Part shown: positions 23,047 through 42,400 of the stretch, in pieces | How positions within the stretch are numbered: position 1 is the first letter of the stretch | How the letters are laid out: every line of letters starts with the position of its first letter | Source of the DNA: Zygnema circumcarinatum SAG 698-1b | Taxonomy: Eukaryota; Plantae; Zygnematophyceae | NCBI GenBank assembly: GCA_037447605.1 | Contig: CM074819.1 | Coordinates: 1,014,297 to 1,078,296 of the forward strand | Length of the DNA stretch: 64,000 nt | Direction of reading: 5' to 3' | Made by a program: the position numbers and the translations under genes | Notes under the pieces: generated by a model | Told to the model about the DNA's origin: nothing | The model's input: the letters and a program-made list of their open reading frames with translations, nothing else | Databases searched by the model: none

Positions 23047-25943
23047 ATGGCTGCCCCTGCAGCAGCCATGCATGCCATCAGCTACATCGCAGCTCCGTCC
23101 AGGAGCTGTCTTGCTTGTAGACATGCCGAGAATTTTGGCCCGCTTCTTTCTTCTTCTGGAGCTATGGCCGAAGCTGAAGCCATGAAGGATTCGAAGAGGG
23201 GTCTCTCATTCGCAGCTTCGTCCTCTCTCTCCTGCAAGCAGCAGGCTTTGCCATCATCGTCTGAAACGAGTAGTATTGGACTCGGGAAGTTCCCAGTCAG
23301 ACGTGACACGCGTCTGCATGCTGCTTCTGAGGCTTCAGCATCTGCAGCCGATAGCATGTCTGTATCAAAACTCGCAGTATCATCTGAAATAGAGAGGTTT
23401 AATGGCAATGCTGATGGAATAAGCGATGGAGAGGTCGGCATGGTTGCGACCTTGGCGGACTTCACAAGGTTTTCTGCGAATGAGAATCATGCAGAGCTTC
23501 AGACTGCGGTCGTAACATATTGGAAGAGGGGCGCGTGGTGGGATCTGCTAAGGCCAGAAGTGCAGGTATACGATTCTCTACAGCAGTTTCTGGGGTTTGG
23601 TTAGGATGGGAGAGTGTGGGAGATGTAGACGTAGGTTTCCAGTTTAGTTTCACCTGCTGAAAAGGAAAAATGTGCTAGCTTGAATAATTAGTGATGAGAG
23701 TTACGGCAACCAGCAAATGGGTGTAGTTCTGTAGGTCTAGCTCTTAGAATTCTGCTGCAATTTGCTTGGAGGATGTGAGAATTGGAGGAAAAGAAGAAGG
23801 TTAAAATGGGGTCCCTTTATGGGTATGAGAGCAGAGCTCGGCTGCTTTATCGCTTTATTGCCGTGAGAGCTGCAGTGAGCCATAGAATTGATATGTTTTC
23901 TTGGGAACTTGGTGAGGGTTATCTGCTGCAGGTGGATCTGGTAGCGGCAGTACACATAGCCGACAGAGAGTAAGTTACTAACCATGCAAATTCACCATTC
24001 ACGTCGGCAGAGTTCCCTGTACTGCATTGTCTGATCACTTCGTGGCAGATCATTTAATGATTTTGGTTCCAGGCGAGTTGGTTCTTGACGTATGTTTGGA
24101 ATCCCAAAATGTGATTTCTTCCAATTTCTTCTTCTTGTTGTATAGGTATTTTGAAGGTCTTCAGGACGAATTGGCAACATATGACCGTGTGCTTTATGAG
24201 ATGGTGGCTGACAAGCGACGCCGAAGGTCTGTAAACGGGAAAGAAGTTCGCTGGAAGCCGCCCAAGAGGAAGCCTGGGAAGAGGTGAGCGTTTACACTTT
24301 GGACCGATGCTTCAAAATATTTAAAAATAAAAATAAAATCATTAAAAGGCTTATGTTCCCACGTCGGCAAACTATATGCGAGTTAAAGCGTTTAAACAGA
24401 ATAATGTTTTGTCGGTACAATGGCTTTTTATATGGCTATTTCTTTTGTTGGGTTCTGTTGATTGAACGTTTTCTTTGAAATGTGTGGCAGGAGAGGTGGT
24501 GGAGGTGTCATTGCGAATATCCAGCGCTTTATGTCGTCTGTTCTGAACCTTGAATTTCAGCTGGAATGTATGGATTACCGCGCAAGTAATTGGTACCATG
24601 CCGATTTGGATTTAGCAACTTTTCTCCGTCTTCAGGTGAGAGAAATTTTTTATCTGTAGAAAAATAAACATTGAATGATCTCTTCTGCCATGATTTACAA
24701 ACAATGATCATTGGCCTTCCACCATCATGAAAGTGAAGTGATGGGGCATTTTCTTTTTTATGGAGCCCAAAGCGCTTTGTCCTTCAGACAATTGTCTTAC
24801 TGTTTTGAGAGTAAGACCCGCTCACCAGTAAGTAAAAAAAAAGCACATGGGACCGGGTCAGAATTTGCAGTAGTTAGTCGTTGCATATTCCAGCTTAGCT
24901 TCTGCAGATGGAACACAGGAGGTGCAGATTGATAATTTGACTTCGGCAGATCCTTCTCCTTCCTTCTTTTTGAAGGAATTCAAACTCCTATCATCTTTGA
25001 TTGCGCGTTGCAGAAGGAGAGAGGTGAAAACATTTTTACTTTCGCTCGTGACATCTCCGCCATGTCTTCAAAAGCAATTGCTCGCTCAGTGGAAGCCCCC
25101 TCTGAGCTTGATCCTTTCCGGCGATCCCTCTTCTGGATGGCTCGCTTTATTCCAATGCCCCTCTTAGGACTGCTTCTAATAGAGGGTGTTTGTGCTCCAC
25201 GAGATGCACCCCTAATGAAGGCCCCCGAGGTGAAGGCTTTAATGGACCTTGATCTCGCACGAGCTCTGAAAGTTGTTCTTGCACGTCAAATCACCCTTGA
25301 GTGAGTGCTTTTTGCCTGCCCCTAATGTTCAATCATTTCAGCATTCAATCATGCAATGGCTTATGTAGTGGGGCACTACTTTCTCGTACACTTATCTTGG
25401 GGGTGTTTTGTGTTATCATCCGTGATCTACCAACCCTCCTCCTCTCAACCTTGAATTGTGCTGCGGCTATTTGGGTGGGTTGTTGCCATAAGCAGCACCA
25501 TGGATCGAGCTGCAAGCATCCTTGAAAACTCTGTCATTATCGGAGAACGGAACAGTGCAGCCATGGAAGGTCTCTCTCAAGCTCTCGATGATGGCTGCCG
25601 TAGGATCGCCATCTTCTATGGCAGCGGGCATCTCCCCGACCTTGATCGCCGTCTGCGAATGCAATTCAACCTCCGCAAAGTCTCTGTTGAATGGAGGACT
25701 GCATGGGCTATTACAGGCAAGAAAAGGGAAGCCAAGGGAGAGGTCTCCAAAGTATTGGCTAAGATGGCAAAAATTTCGGGGTGGCCGTTAAATCGCTACC
25801 AAACCACAGCTGTGGTGCTATTCTCTCTTGTCCTGGCAGTTGACTTGTGGCTATGGGAGGTCCTCCTGCATAGTCTGGAGGATCAGGTATTGCAGGGAAT
25901 CACGGTTTTGACTGTCTTTTTTGACCAAGGATGGCAGCTTTGA
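23047..25943 (+). CDS. TIKI/TraB/GumN-superfamily-like protein with a probable organellar transit peptide and C-terminal hydrophobic helix; about 6 exons
   Basis: Exons carry VDLVAAVHIAD, YDRVLYEMV, YHADLD, GERNSAAM and FYGSGHLPDL, matching the H/E/RN/GxxH metal-site pattern of TraB/TIKI proteins. The N-terminus is Ser/Ala-rich. Confidence 0.65.
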
Positions 25944-26879
25944 GCAGAGCAAAGCTTCTCTGCCTTGAAAGAGCGAAAGCAGCTTCATCACTATTTAGGG
26001 GCAACTTGGCCTCTTGGTGATGGAGTACGGACGGTACCGTTGGGTGCCACAGGGCTTGGGACCCATTGAATAAAGCGAAAAGCGAGGAGCACAGAGGGAG
26101 AGGAGGAGAGGAGTGATGTTGTACATGAGGAGTTAGGGATGTGGGGAAGGAAACTACTACAAGGAGGTCTACTGCTCTATGGGGAGTCCCATCCACAATG
26201 CACTGCAAAGCTTTGGCTGCTACGATTTAATAATCTTGACAATGGTGGAGGCAGGCAGGCAAGGATACTACGGATGCGTCTTGAGGGTATATGCACGGCA
26301 GGGCGTTCAAAAACAGTTGAACTGTTTCAGTCATCCAACATGTATAGAGTTCTGACTCGAATGACAGTCCATGTTCATGCACAAGGCTGACTGTCGAGGG
26401 GCTTTAGAAAGTGCTCTCACTAAGGATTTCGTATGGGCCGCATTCATGGTGCCTGGTTTAGTGCACATAGGCATGGGGACCCATTGAGGGGACCAGGGAT
26501 GTAAATATTTATGAGCCAATTCGTATCACCTTCGTGTCAAGTGGTGGTTGGCTTATTCCTGTCTCTTTTGTTACATTGCGCTTTCTGTTAATGGATCGTG
26601 CTTACAGCAATGAAAGCAAACCGAGACTTATTTCGATTGGCATCGTTATTGGGAAGAAATCATCCAAGTCCTGAAAACATACACGGGACGATACGAGAAA
26701 AATTCAAACCCTAAAATTTCAGAGCCACATTCAGCCTTCGAAACGAATTGCTTAAATGTGTCCTCCAAGGAAGCCAGTGGAGCACTCCCACTCTCTCTAA
26801 GCATTCACCGACTTCAGTTTTGACTTTTCTTGATTCTTTGGCTCAGCCGAGCGCATGCAGGAGCCTTCAAGATGGCGCT

Positions 26880-29394
<2,515 letters not shown>

Positions 29395-29939
29395 GGCGCC
29401 TCTCTCCTCCCGCTCCCTCTCCCTCTCCCTCACCTCCCTCACTCCTGCTTTTTTTAATACACCATAGTCAAGCATCGTCCAACGAGGACGTGCCACGTGT
29501 ATTTTTGTCCACGTGGCACGTTCTCATTGGAAATTGTCGATCATAGTAGCACGTGGTACTGAAATGTCATAGAGCGTGACAAATGGTGACGTACTGTGAC
29601 TATGGTCCAGCTGGACCACTCACAGCTTGCCATGTGTCATTATGTACACGTGGCGAACTGTGATTGGTACTTGTTTCAGAGAGTACCTTCTCCTTCAAGG
29701 AGGTGCTTCCAGTTCGCTATCAAGGCCATGGCAGGGGCAAAATTAGGGTTAGGGTTGGAGGGGATGCAGGAGCAGGAACAGCAGTAGAGATTTAAGGATT
29801 CAGAGGCTTTGATATTTTTTCTAATGGATTTAATGTTTTTGTGTTAGTATTTCATAGTGCAGGGCTCAATTTCACGCGCCATTGTAATATTCCATTTCAT
29901 CTTTCTTCAGGGATCTTTCAGAAGAACCAGGCGAGCTTC
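29395..29939. promoter_or_regulatory. Candidate bidirectional promoter (Mpv17-like / Rad60-SLD, head-to-head) with four G-boxes
   Basis: The divergent ATGs are about 545 bp apart. CACGTG occurs at 29494, 29510, 29550 and 29647. Confidence 0.55.
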
Positions 29940-32858
29940 ATGGCGCGCAGGAAGGACGGCTTCTTGCAGCAGCAGCAGCAATGGAGAGCTGCAGGAAAAG
30001 ATGAAAACTCTGCTGCAAAAAATGCGCATGTGATCGATCTCTGTGACAGCGACGACAGCGATGCGGAGCAGGGCCCTGCCAGGCAGCCGCTGAAGCCGTT
30101 GCCCGCCATGGATATGTGCCTGAGTGCTAGGAGACGTGCAGCAGCCATGCGCTCTGCTTCAGGGAGCCCTTTTCTTGACTGCAGGAATGGTATCTCACCA
30201 GCTGTGAAGGAGCGCAAGGCGAGCAAGCAAGGGCAAGCAACGCCTGCTCCTCCTGCAGAAGCCGCACAACCGGCAGCCATGGGCGGCGCAACTGCTCCTA
30301 CACACGAAGACAGAGTGTGTCAGAGGGTCCCTGTATCCCTTGTGAGCTAAAAAGGTCATCGTCTGAATCTACGCGCTTCAATAGCGGTGTTAGGGTTGTG
30401 AGGAGCGCTGCGTGCATGCATTAGTCGTGAGAAAATTGCGAGTATCTTATGGCCTTAGCTGCTTGTACAACTTGTGAGGGGTTTTGAAGCCCTCTATATT
30501 TACTTGTCATGCACAGAAGGAAGAGGAGTTCGAGCCATTGTTCGAGTATGGAAGTCTTCAGTCACCTGCGGCTCGGTTGCACGAAACAGTCGGTACGTTT
30601 TGAGTTGCTCTGGCTGCTTTCCAGCAAGTCGTTTGCAGACCATTGTAGCAGCCTGCACGAAACTCAGCGTAGGTTTGCTTCTCGGGTTGCTTGCTTTTTC
30701 TGATCACCCTGACTCTGCCTGTTGCAGAATTGAATGATAGCGATGATGACGATGTGAACCCAACAAGCTTATGGTCCATGGGCAGGAAAAGAAAAGCCCA
30801 GGTACACCTACGGTAAACTTGTAGGATTGTTTTGTAGTTGACGAACGTGAAAGAAGGCACAAATCTAGGGTTTACAAAGTAGATGCCACCAAATGATGGT
30901 GGCTCAAACTCCAACTCTGTCGAGAAGTTGTCTGCATACCGTTATTCATATTAGCACCACCTCAAATGGTGCTCAACCGGCGGTTCTATAAGTACAATAT
31001 CAGTAGATTGGTCCTGGTTGGACCATTCTGATATGGCAATTAGGGCCAGATTCCTGATTGACTTTGCTATCTCTGCATATTTGAAACTACTCGAGCTCTA
31101 TGCTACACTTTTTATTTCTCTTTATTTTTATTTTTTTCTGTCTGAGCCTTGTACCAATGGCTATTTGTCTCGCTAGTATTGATGTGAGGAAGCAAATACT
31201 ACACAGTCTCTATGAGTCACCTTTACGAAGGCTGTTTTTTTCTCGTGAGTGGGGAATTAATATGAAAATCTGAAAACATCCCTAGTTCAGATAATTGTTG
31301 CCAAAAGGAACTGTTGTTGGCCAATAGCTCATTTGCTATTGCCCACAAGCAGACGTTCTTGTGTAGTTTAGTGCTGATCAATGTATTTGAAGGATATACC
31401 TCGTAAACATGCATTCATGACGTCGCTTTTGCATGTGTTAGTACAATGCTCAGTTTGAATGTCTGACGGCACAGATGAGAACTGTGGATTGGCATGCAGG
31501 AGCCTCTTAAACAAGAAATGGGGAACTTTGTATGGGACGATCGAAGTTGTGGCAACAGTTCGACAGACAAGCAAAGTTCCGGAAATGTAGTTTTGGAGAC
31601 TTTTGCGGAGCCTCCCGCTGTAAAAGTATCCGCTAAGATGGTTGCGCTTATTGAAAAGCGGTGAGACCCCTTGTCTGCGGTCCACCCAAGCTAGTTCAAA
31701 AATTTGAACTGACAGGCTGATCTGCGCTGCTTAGAATACATGACATGCACATGCCTGAAGATAAACCTTTTGCATTAGTCATTCCTGGAGGAGTTATATT
31801 TCAACTAAGTCTAAGTCCTCCAAATGTTCGTGAAACTCGTTATGTTTACAGAAGGCGAAGAGAAGCAGCTGCTGCAATCGATGCAGCCGCAGCTGAAGCT
31901 ATTATCAGTCGAGCTGAAGAAGAGGCGAGAGCAGCTGCAATGGAGAAGGATAGAGCAGAAGGTGTAGGACAGTCGACTCATAGTGATGGGACTATGAAGG
32001 AGTCCGCAACATCATCCTCTATGAACAAGGAAGATTCCGAACATTCTGCGGAGCCTCCAGAAGCGAGCGGATCACAAAAGCATGAAGGAGAGAAGATTCG
32101 TCTAAAGCTGAGAACGAAAGGCAATGAAGACCACTGCTACAAGCTGGGCAAGGTGCGAGACTCCTCCTTATCTGAGTTCGTACCTTTCTGCATTCATCAC
32201 CTCATCTTCATTAGGGCTACAATTGGGTCGCAGTTAAGGTTGTTGTTGTTACGAGTTGTAGCTGGGTAAAGCTTTTCAACGAGAATTTGGTCAAAAAGTG
32301 AAGGAGCAGAATGGGGGTAGAATGGTTGGAAGGTGGGTTTTTAAGTTAGGGTTAGGTAAGTAGCTTGAGTTCTCTTGTTGCTTGGGTTATATTGCTTGAT
32401 TTCGATTACGATGGACTGTGCGTTGAGATAGGAACACACTACTGGAGCCTTGCTAGCGACACCTTTCAGATTGGATAGGTTCACAGGTGTAGGGAAAGTG
32501 CCATTATCGGTGAAGTTGAAAAGAATCACCAACTTACAGGTCTTTCAAAAATGGCAATTGCCTCCGTTTGTCGGCAGTCTCCTCACTGCACCGCCCTCAC
32601 ATTATTTACATCTTCTGTACATATATATGCACTTGGGGACTAAAGCCGATCTCTCACAGATTACGCTTATGTTTCGTCATGTTGTTCTGCCAGACGGACC
32701 CTCTTGAAAAGTTGTTTCAGGCCTTTGCGAAAAAAGTCTCCGGTTCTATTGGGGACTTCATCTTCCTCTTTGATGGAGAAAAATTGGCTCCAACTCAAAC
32801 GCCGACCGATTTTGATATGGACGATGATGATATGATTGAGGTTGTGACCCGCGGGTGA
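29940..32858 (+). CDS. Rad60/Esc2/NIP45-like SUMO-like-domain protein, multi-exon
   Basis: EEFEPLFEY motif, and a C-terminal ubiquitin-like fold KIRLKLRTK...|TDPLEKLFQAFAKK...FLFDGEKLAPTQTPTDFDMDDDDMIEV with no terminal diGly. N-terminal SIM-like VIDLCDSDDSD. Confidence 0.8.
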
Positions 32859-33844
32859 TGGGAGGTGGGTCAATGACTTGCTCTTCAATGTGACTGCGGT
32901 TAAAAGTGCGAGACCTGAGTGAGCACTACTGGTAAAACTTCCCACAAGCCCATCACCCTTACTCGCTGTTCGAGTTCTACGGTTAACCCTCTTCATGCTA
33001 TGACTACCAGCTCACTCAGCCACCTTCTCCTTGGTTTTACTATTAGGAACTTCCCTTTTAACCCTGTAGGCTGTAGCGCATCTTGAACAGACACCTCCTT
33101 TTCAGTCGCTCGATACGATATGCGGCAGTTTGGCTGTTGGGCCCTAAGCAGATTTTGTGCTCTATTAGTTGAAACAGGTGAAGTTTAGAACCTTTCAGCC
33201 AATCTTACACTTGCTCGCATAGGCTTAGGCTTAGCTTGGAGCTTCACTGTCAGTACCCCAGAGTTTGTAAAAATGGAAAGAGACCACCAGTCATCGCTCG
33301 CCATTTGTTGCGTGCCGTCTGACTTGGCAAGTTGTGATTGGTACAACAGCAGACACGTTTTACGGAATATCCTGAACAGATTTCTGTCTTTTCTTTTTGT
33401 CAACCTGCTGGATCTCTTGTGGAATGTCTTATCTAAATAAATTATACTTGGAGGGAGACATGTGTTCCACAAGTTTGGTACTGACAAGCGAATGGAGGTT
33501 CCTTCAAAGAACAAATACTAATAGTATCTGTTTTTTGCAGGTATAAGAATGATTCACCTTTTATTTGAGAAGCCATGTTTGAAAAGCCCTAAAAGCCTTA
33601 AAACAGTATTTATGTAGATACGTTGATTGTCTTTGTAGATAGAACTCAAGTCACATCCCATTTTCAGGTTAACATTGGACTTGTCTAAGAAATGTGCGCA
33701 AATATTCTTTGTTCACAGATATCTCACAGTTTACGAGCAAAAGAGTTCCAACCCAACGCAACATGCAAACCGATTGCGCATCGCCGTCTAATCATTGTCA
33801 AGAAACTAGCCGGCTAGGATGTCCAAGTTCATGCAACTAGTCGC

Positions 33845-34040
33845 TATTGACCTAAACATGATGACCTATAGACGACTTGCTTCTAGGGAGGGTTGCGTTG
33901 TTGAGCTTGGGCGTAGCTTTCCGCTCCCAACTTTTTCTTTTGGCAATAGGTCCTTTGCGACCAGTTCCTCGTGGTTCCCCCATGCAGCTTTTGTCCATGT
34001 ACATGTGATGGCCTCGCCATCGTGAGATCAATGCCACATC
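33845..34040 (-). repeat. Diverged dispersed repeat, copy B (homologous to 13728-13915)
   Basis: The minus strand reads ggcattgatctcacgatggcgaggccatcacatgtacatggacaaaagc...gggaaccacgaggaactggtcgcaaaggacc...gggagcggaaagctacgcccaagctcaacaacgca. Confidence 0.65.
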
Positions 34041-34436
34041 CTTTGTATCGACAATATATGTCACATTTCCATTAATGAACATTGTGCGCATCCTATACTG
34101 CTTGAGAGTTCCACAGAGCCGCCATCCCTTCTAATTTCATACCGAGACCGCTTCTCCCATATGGCTTTCACTGCTATTCCGCCTGCATTAGATTCCGACT
34201 TAGAGCTTAAGTATTGCAGATTCAGAAAGGGAATCCGGCATGGGAGCATACCAATGCTTGGGATTGCAGTAGCCAATATCGCCGATATCAGTATGTCTAC
34301 ATTATAATGGCGGCATAGTCCCAGCGAATCATTATATGAGGGCTTCAGGAAGGCAGCTGCTTGCCAACTGCATGCAAACCACCGCCGGCTTTTTGGGCCA
34401 TACTGAAGCTTGAATTCTTTCGAGCCTTCAGAAGCA

Positions 34437-38321
<3,885 letters not shown>

Positions 38322-38729
38322 GGCCCTCCTCTCCTTTCCCTCCCTCCCTCCCTCCCTCCCCTCTTCCCCTCTGCTCCTTTATCGCTCTTTATGCACCCCC
38401 TCCCTCTCCGTCTTTCCTGCCTGCCTGCCTCTCTCCTCCCGCTCTCCCTCTCTCTCTCCCGCTTTCTGCCTCCCTCTACTCTCTTCCCTCCCTCCCCCCT
38501 TAAGTTCCGAGGTCCGCGGGGGACCTCCCCCGGGCGGCCATCCGCCAGCCACGTGGCCCCACGGCCGTGCGCGTATGGAATTGACCGGTTTTTACAGACG
38601 TGTACGGCACATGTGCGCAATCCGTACTGAAATCAAAGAAAATGTACGGCACATGTGCAGACCTTGTTGCATATTTGTACACATTCGTACATATTCGTAC
38701 AAATATGTGAATAAAGTACCCCCCCCCCC

Positions 38730-38941
38730 CCCAAAATATTTTCGCCATGGTTTCGGCAAATATTTCACAGTTCGGACCAGTGGATCAGCAACCATTGGAC
38801 AACCATTGGATGGCAATGGTTGGACGTCTACTGGTTGGCAACCAGTCGACTGGTTTGGAACCAGTGGATGCCACTGGTTGGCAACCAGTCGAATGGTTGT
38901 TTCGGTCCGCAACCACTGGTTGGCAACCAGTCGAATGGTTG
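38730..38941. mobile_element. Left arm of a foldback-like element built from palindromic subrepeats
   Basis: aaatatttcacagttcggacca is the near-reverse-complement of tggtccgatctgtgaaatattt at about 45080-45101. Internal ACTGGTTGGCAACCAGT and ACCAGTCGACTGGT palindromes. Confidence 0.65.
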
Positions 38942-39499
38942 NNNNNNNNNNCTAGGCTTCTAGTTATCATTGGTCATTGAGAGGAATGTAAGGCAGGATA
39001 GAACAAGATAGTGGCTTGGCATAGTGACAGCAAAGGGAAAACGGGACTCAACTTAGATAAAGGTGGTATTTTGGAAACTCACCCCAGCCAGCGGTTGGCT
39101 GGGGAATGTTATTACAATGAAAGTATCTTCTCACTGAAATCTTTGTCTAGCTGGGCTGAATGGGACGTCTAAATGCTATCAGCAAGAAGACTCTTTCTCT
39201 CTCTCTCTCTCTCTATCTATGGCATGGAACTCTCTCTCTCTCTCACACTTAGCATCTGTTGCTAGAACTGAAGAGGAAGAAGAGAAGCACAAGACAACAA
39301 ACCATACAGCAAATACAAATACTAAGCCCAGCACTAAAAGACAAACAAGCATCACTGACATCCCATCTACCTAACACTGACAATAGATCTTGAGCCTTAG
39401 TAGTGACAGTCCCTGATTGGCCAACTGCCCACTGAGTGGCCTGACTGACTGCGTGGAGCCTTCGGATAGGTCAACTGATGACAATCGGCNNNNNNNNNN

Positions 39500-42400
39500 C
39501 GTTCCCACTAGAGTCAGGGCCTTCCGAAATGATGGCCCATCCTGGGATCTCCGACGGACCGACACAAATGAAGGGGCCCAACCACGGAAAAGCCCGTTGA
39601 GTCGGTTTGGCGAGATTCCTGAGCCAAATGAGCTGACGTGGCGCGACCTGATTGGGCGGGAGGGCAGCGCGTCGGCGCCTCCCAAAGTCGGTGAGTTGTC
39701 GCCTGTGCGCGCGTTCGAGGTGGTGGGAGGCCATGGAATCTAGGGTTTGGAAGCGGAGGGCCAGGAGCTGAAGCTGGGCGACCCGATCCGGGGGAGGCGC
39801 GTCATCGTGGAAGAGGGGCTCAGCAGAGAGGAGGTCAAGGGGAATGCGGGGCTTACGGCCATAGAGGAGCTCGTAGGGAGAGAAGCCAGTGGAGGAGTGA
39901 ACAGAGGTGTTGTACGTGAAGACCAGGGAGGGGATGACCTCGCGCCAGTCCGCCTCCAGCTCCGCGCAGCCGCGAACGCACGCATCCTTGACCGTCTGTA
40001 TGGTACGTTCTGCAAGCCCATTCTGCCAGGGGGAGTAGGGGCTAGAGGTGTGGTGAATGATGCGGAAGTCCTGCATGAGCTTGGCAAATGCCCCCTTGTA
40101 TTCGGTGCCATTGTCAGAGTGGACAGAGTAGGGTAGAGAGTGGCGGTGAATGATGGCCGTCAGGAGGCGAGCAGAGTGGATGGAATGCTTAGATTCTGTC
40201 GTATGAACTTCCACCCACTTGGTGTATCTGTCCACGGCTAGGAAGACTCGAATGTAGCCAGAGGGGGTGCCGAGCTGGGGGATAGAAAAGGTGTCAATGT
40301 TCCAATCTTCGGCGACGCCTCGTATGGGGATCTCACCCATCTCCAGGGGTTGGCGGTCGGGGGGAGCAGAGCGTTTGCCGCGTTGGCAACGGGTGCAGGT
40401 TTCGATGTAGCGGCTCACCGCGCCATGGAGGCCGGGCCAATAATAGCGCTCCTGCAGCAGGGCGACCATCTTCTTCTGGCCAAGGTGGAATCCGCTGGGC
40501 TGGGAATCGTGGGCAACATCCAGAATCTCCATGCGTTCATTGGGGAAAGGAACAGGAAGGCCAGAGGGGAGGTACAGTATCTGTCCGTCATCATCAACAG
40601 AGAAGTGCCGAGCGCGGCGGAGCAGCCGAGCCCTCTCGGTGTCCGTGATAAAGGGGGGTAATGTGCGGGTCATGACGTAGCGCAGAAGGGAGGAGTCTGA
40701 ATGGACGTCATTGGCGCTGGGGAAATGGGGAGGAAGTAAGGGAGCGTCGCCATCGTCATCCATGAGGAGTTCCCACGGATCCGCATGGGGGTGGCCGTGG
40801 GTGAAGTCAGGGTCCTCCCAGCGATGGAGGGTGGTGGCGGTGGCCGGAATATCGATCAGCCCATCTGCGAATAGGACATCATGCAGGGCTTGAGCGGCAA
40901 TAAAAATCTCAATGGGAAGATGCTCAGGGTTCAAGAGGGTGGGTGGAGGGATGGGTTCAGGAACGGCCGGATCGTGACAGAGGAGGGGAGCCGAAGGATT
41001 GCGACTGAGGCCGTCAGCATTGCCGTGACTGCGGCCGGGACGGTGGGTGACCTTGAGCACATTATACTCCTCCAACTTCATCACCCATCGTGCAAACTTA
41101 GGTCGTAGGGTAGCCATGATGTGCAGCCAAGTGAGTGGCATGTGGTCAGTCCTAATGATAATGGGCTGGTAGGCTGTAAAGAGCTTGAACTTCTCCAGTG
41201 CCCAGAGAATAGCCGCTGCCTCACCCTCAGTAGGGCTGTACTTGGTCTCGGTTTCCGAACAAACCCTGCTAGCATAACTGACCGGGTGTTCCCCATCCGG
41301 GAAGGCTTGACTGGCCACTGCCCCAAATCCCGTCTGACTCCAGTCAGCGTCAATGATGGTTGGCAGGGTGGGGTCAAATTGATGCAGACAAGGAGCCTGA
41401 AGGAGGGCACTCTTGAGCGCGTGGAAGGCCAAATCCTGCGCTCGGCTCCATTCGTATTGGACTCCGTGCTTCTCCAAGGCATGTAGGGGACGCGCGATAA
41501 GGGCATAGCCCTTAATGAACCGGCGATAGAAAGAGGTGAGTCCCAAGAAAGACTTGAGCTGAGTGAGATTCTGTGGAATGGGCATAAGGTCAATCGCTTC
41601 AATTTTGTCGAGTGATGGTTTCAGGCCATTGATGCCGAGGCGGTGCCCGAGATGAGTGATCTCCTGGTGGCCCCATTTGCACTTCTTGGGTGCNNNNNNN
41701 NNNATCTTCAGACGCGCACTGATGAGCTGTTGCAGGACTTGGTCAATGTGTTGCAGGTGGGAGGACCAGTCCTTGCTGTGGAGAGAAGCATCATCCACGT
41801 AAGGCTCGCAGAAGGCACGACAGGGGCCGAACACCTGGTTGGCCAGGCGCTCAGGTGAGTCTGGCTGGAATTCTTGAGCCCAAAGGGAAGCACTGTCCAC
41901 TGCACGAAGCGTGTGGCTGTGCGCAGCCCTGTCTTGCAGCGATCGGCCTGTCGCAGGGGAATCTGCCAGAAGGACTTCTGCATGTCCAGGGCCGAGAACC
42001 ATCGGTCCTCAGGGGAGACGCCGTGGAGAATCAGGTCCACATCCGGTAACGTATAAGGATCCCACTTCGTTATGGCATTCAGTTTCCGATAGTCTCCACA
42101 GAAGCGGAGTGTGCCATCCGGCTTTGGGGGCAGAACGGCCGGGCTGGCCCAAGGCCCTTCTCCGGGTTCCATCAATCCGGCAGCCACGTTCTCATCGATC
42201 TGTCGTTCGACATCGGCCTGCTGAGCGGCGGAAAAGCGGTAGGGAGTCATGGTCATCACGGGAGGTGCATCCCCCGTATCGATATGGTGCTCAATCAGGT
42301 GGGTCTTGCCGATGTCGAGTGAATGTCGTGCGAAAACTAGGTGATTTCGGCGCAGCACTTGGCGTAGTTGAGAATGCTTGATCGGGTCTGAGAGTACTGC

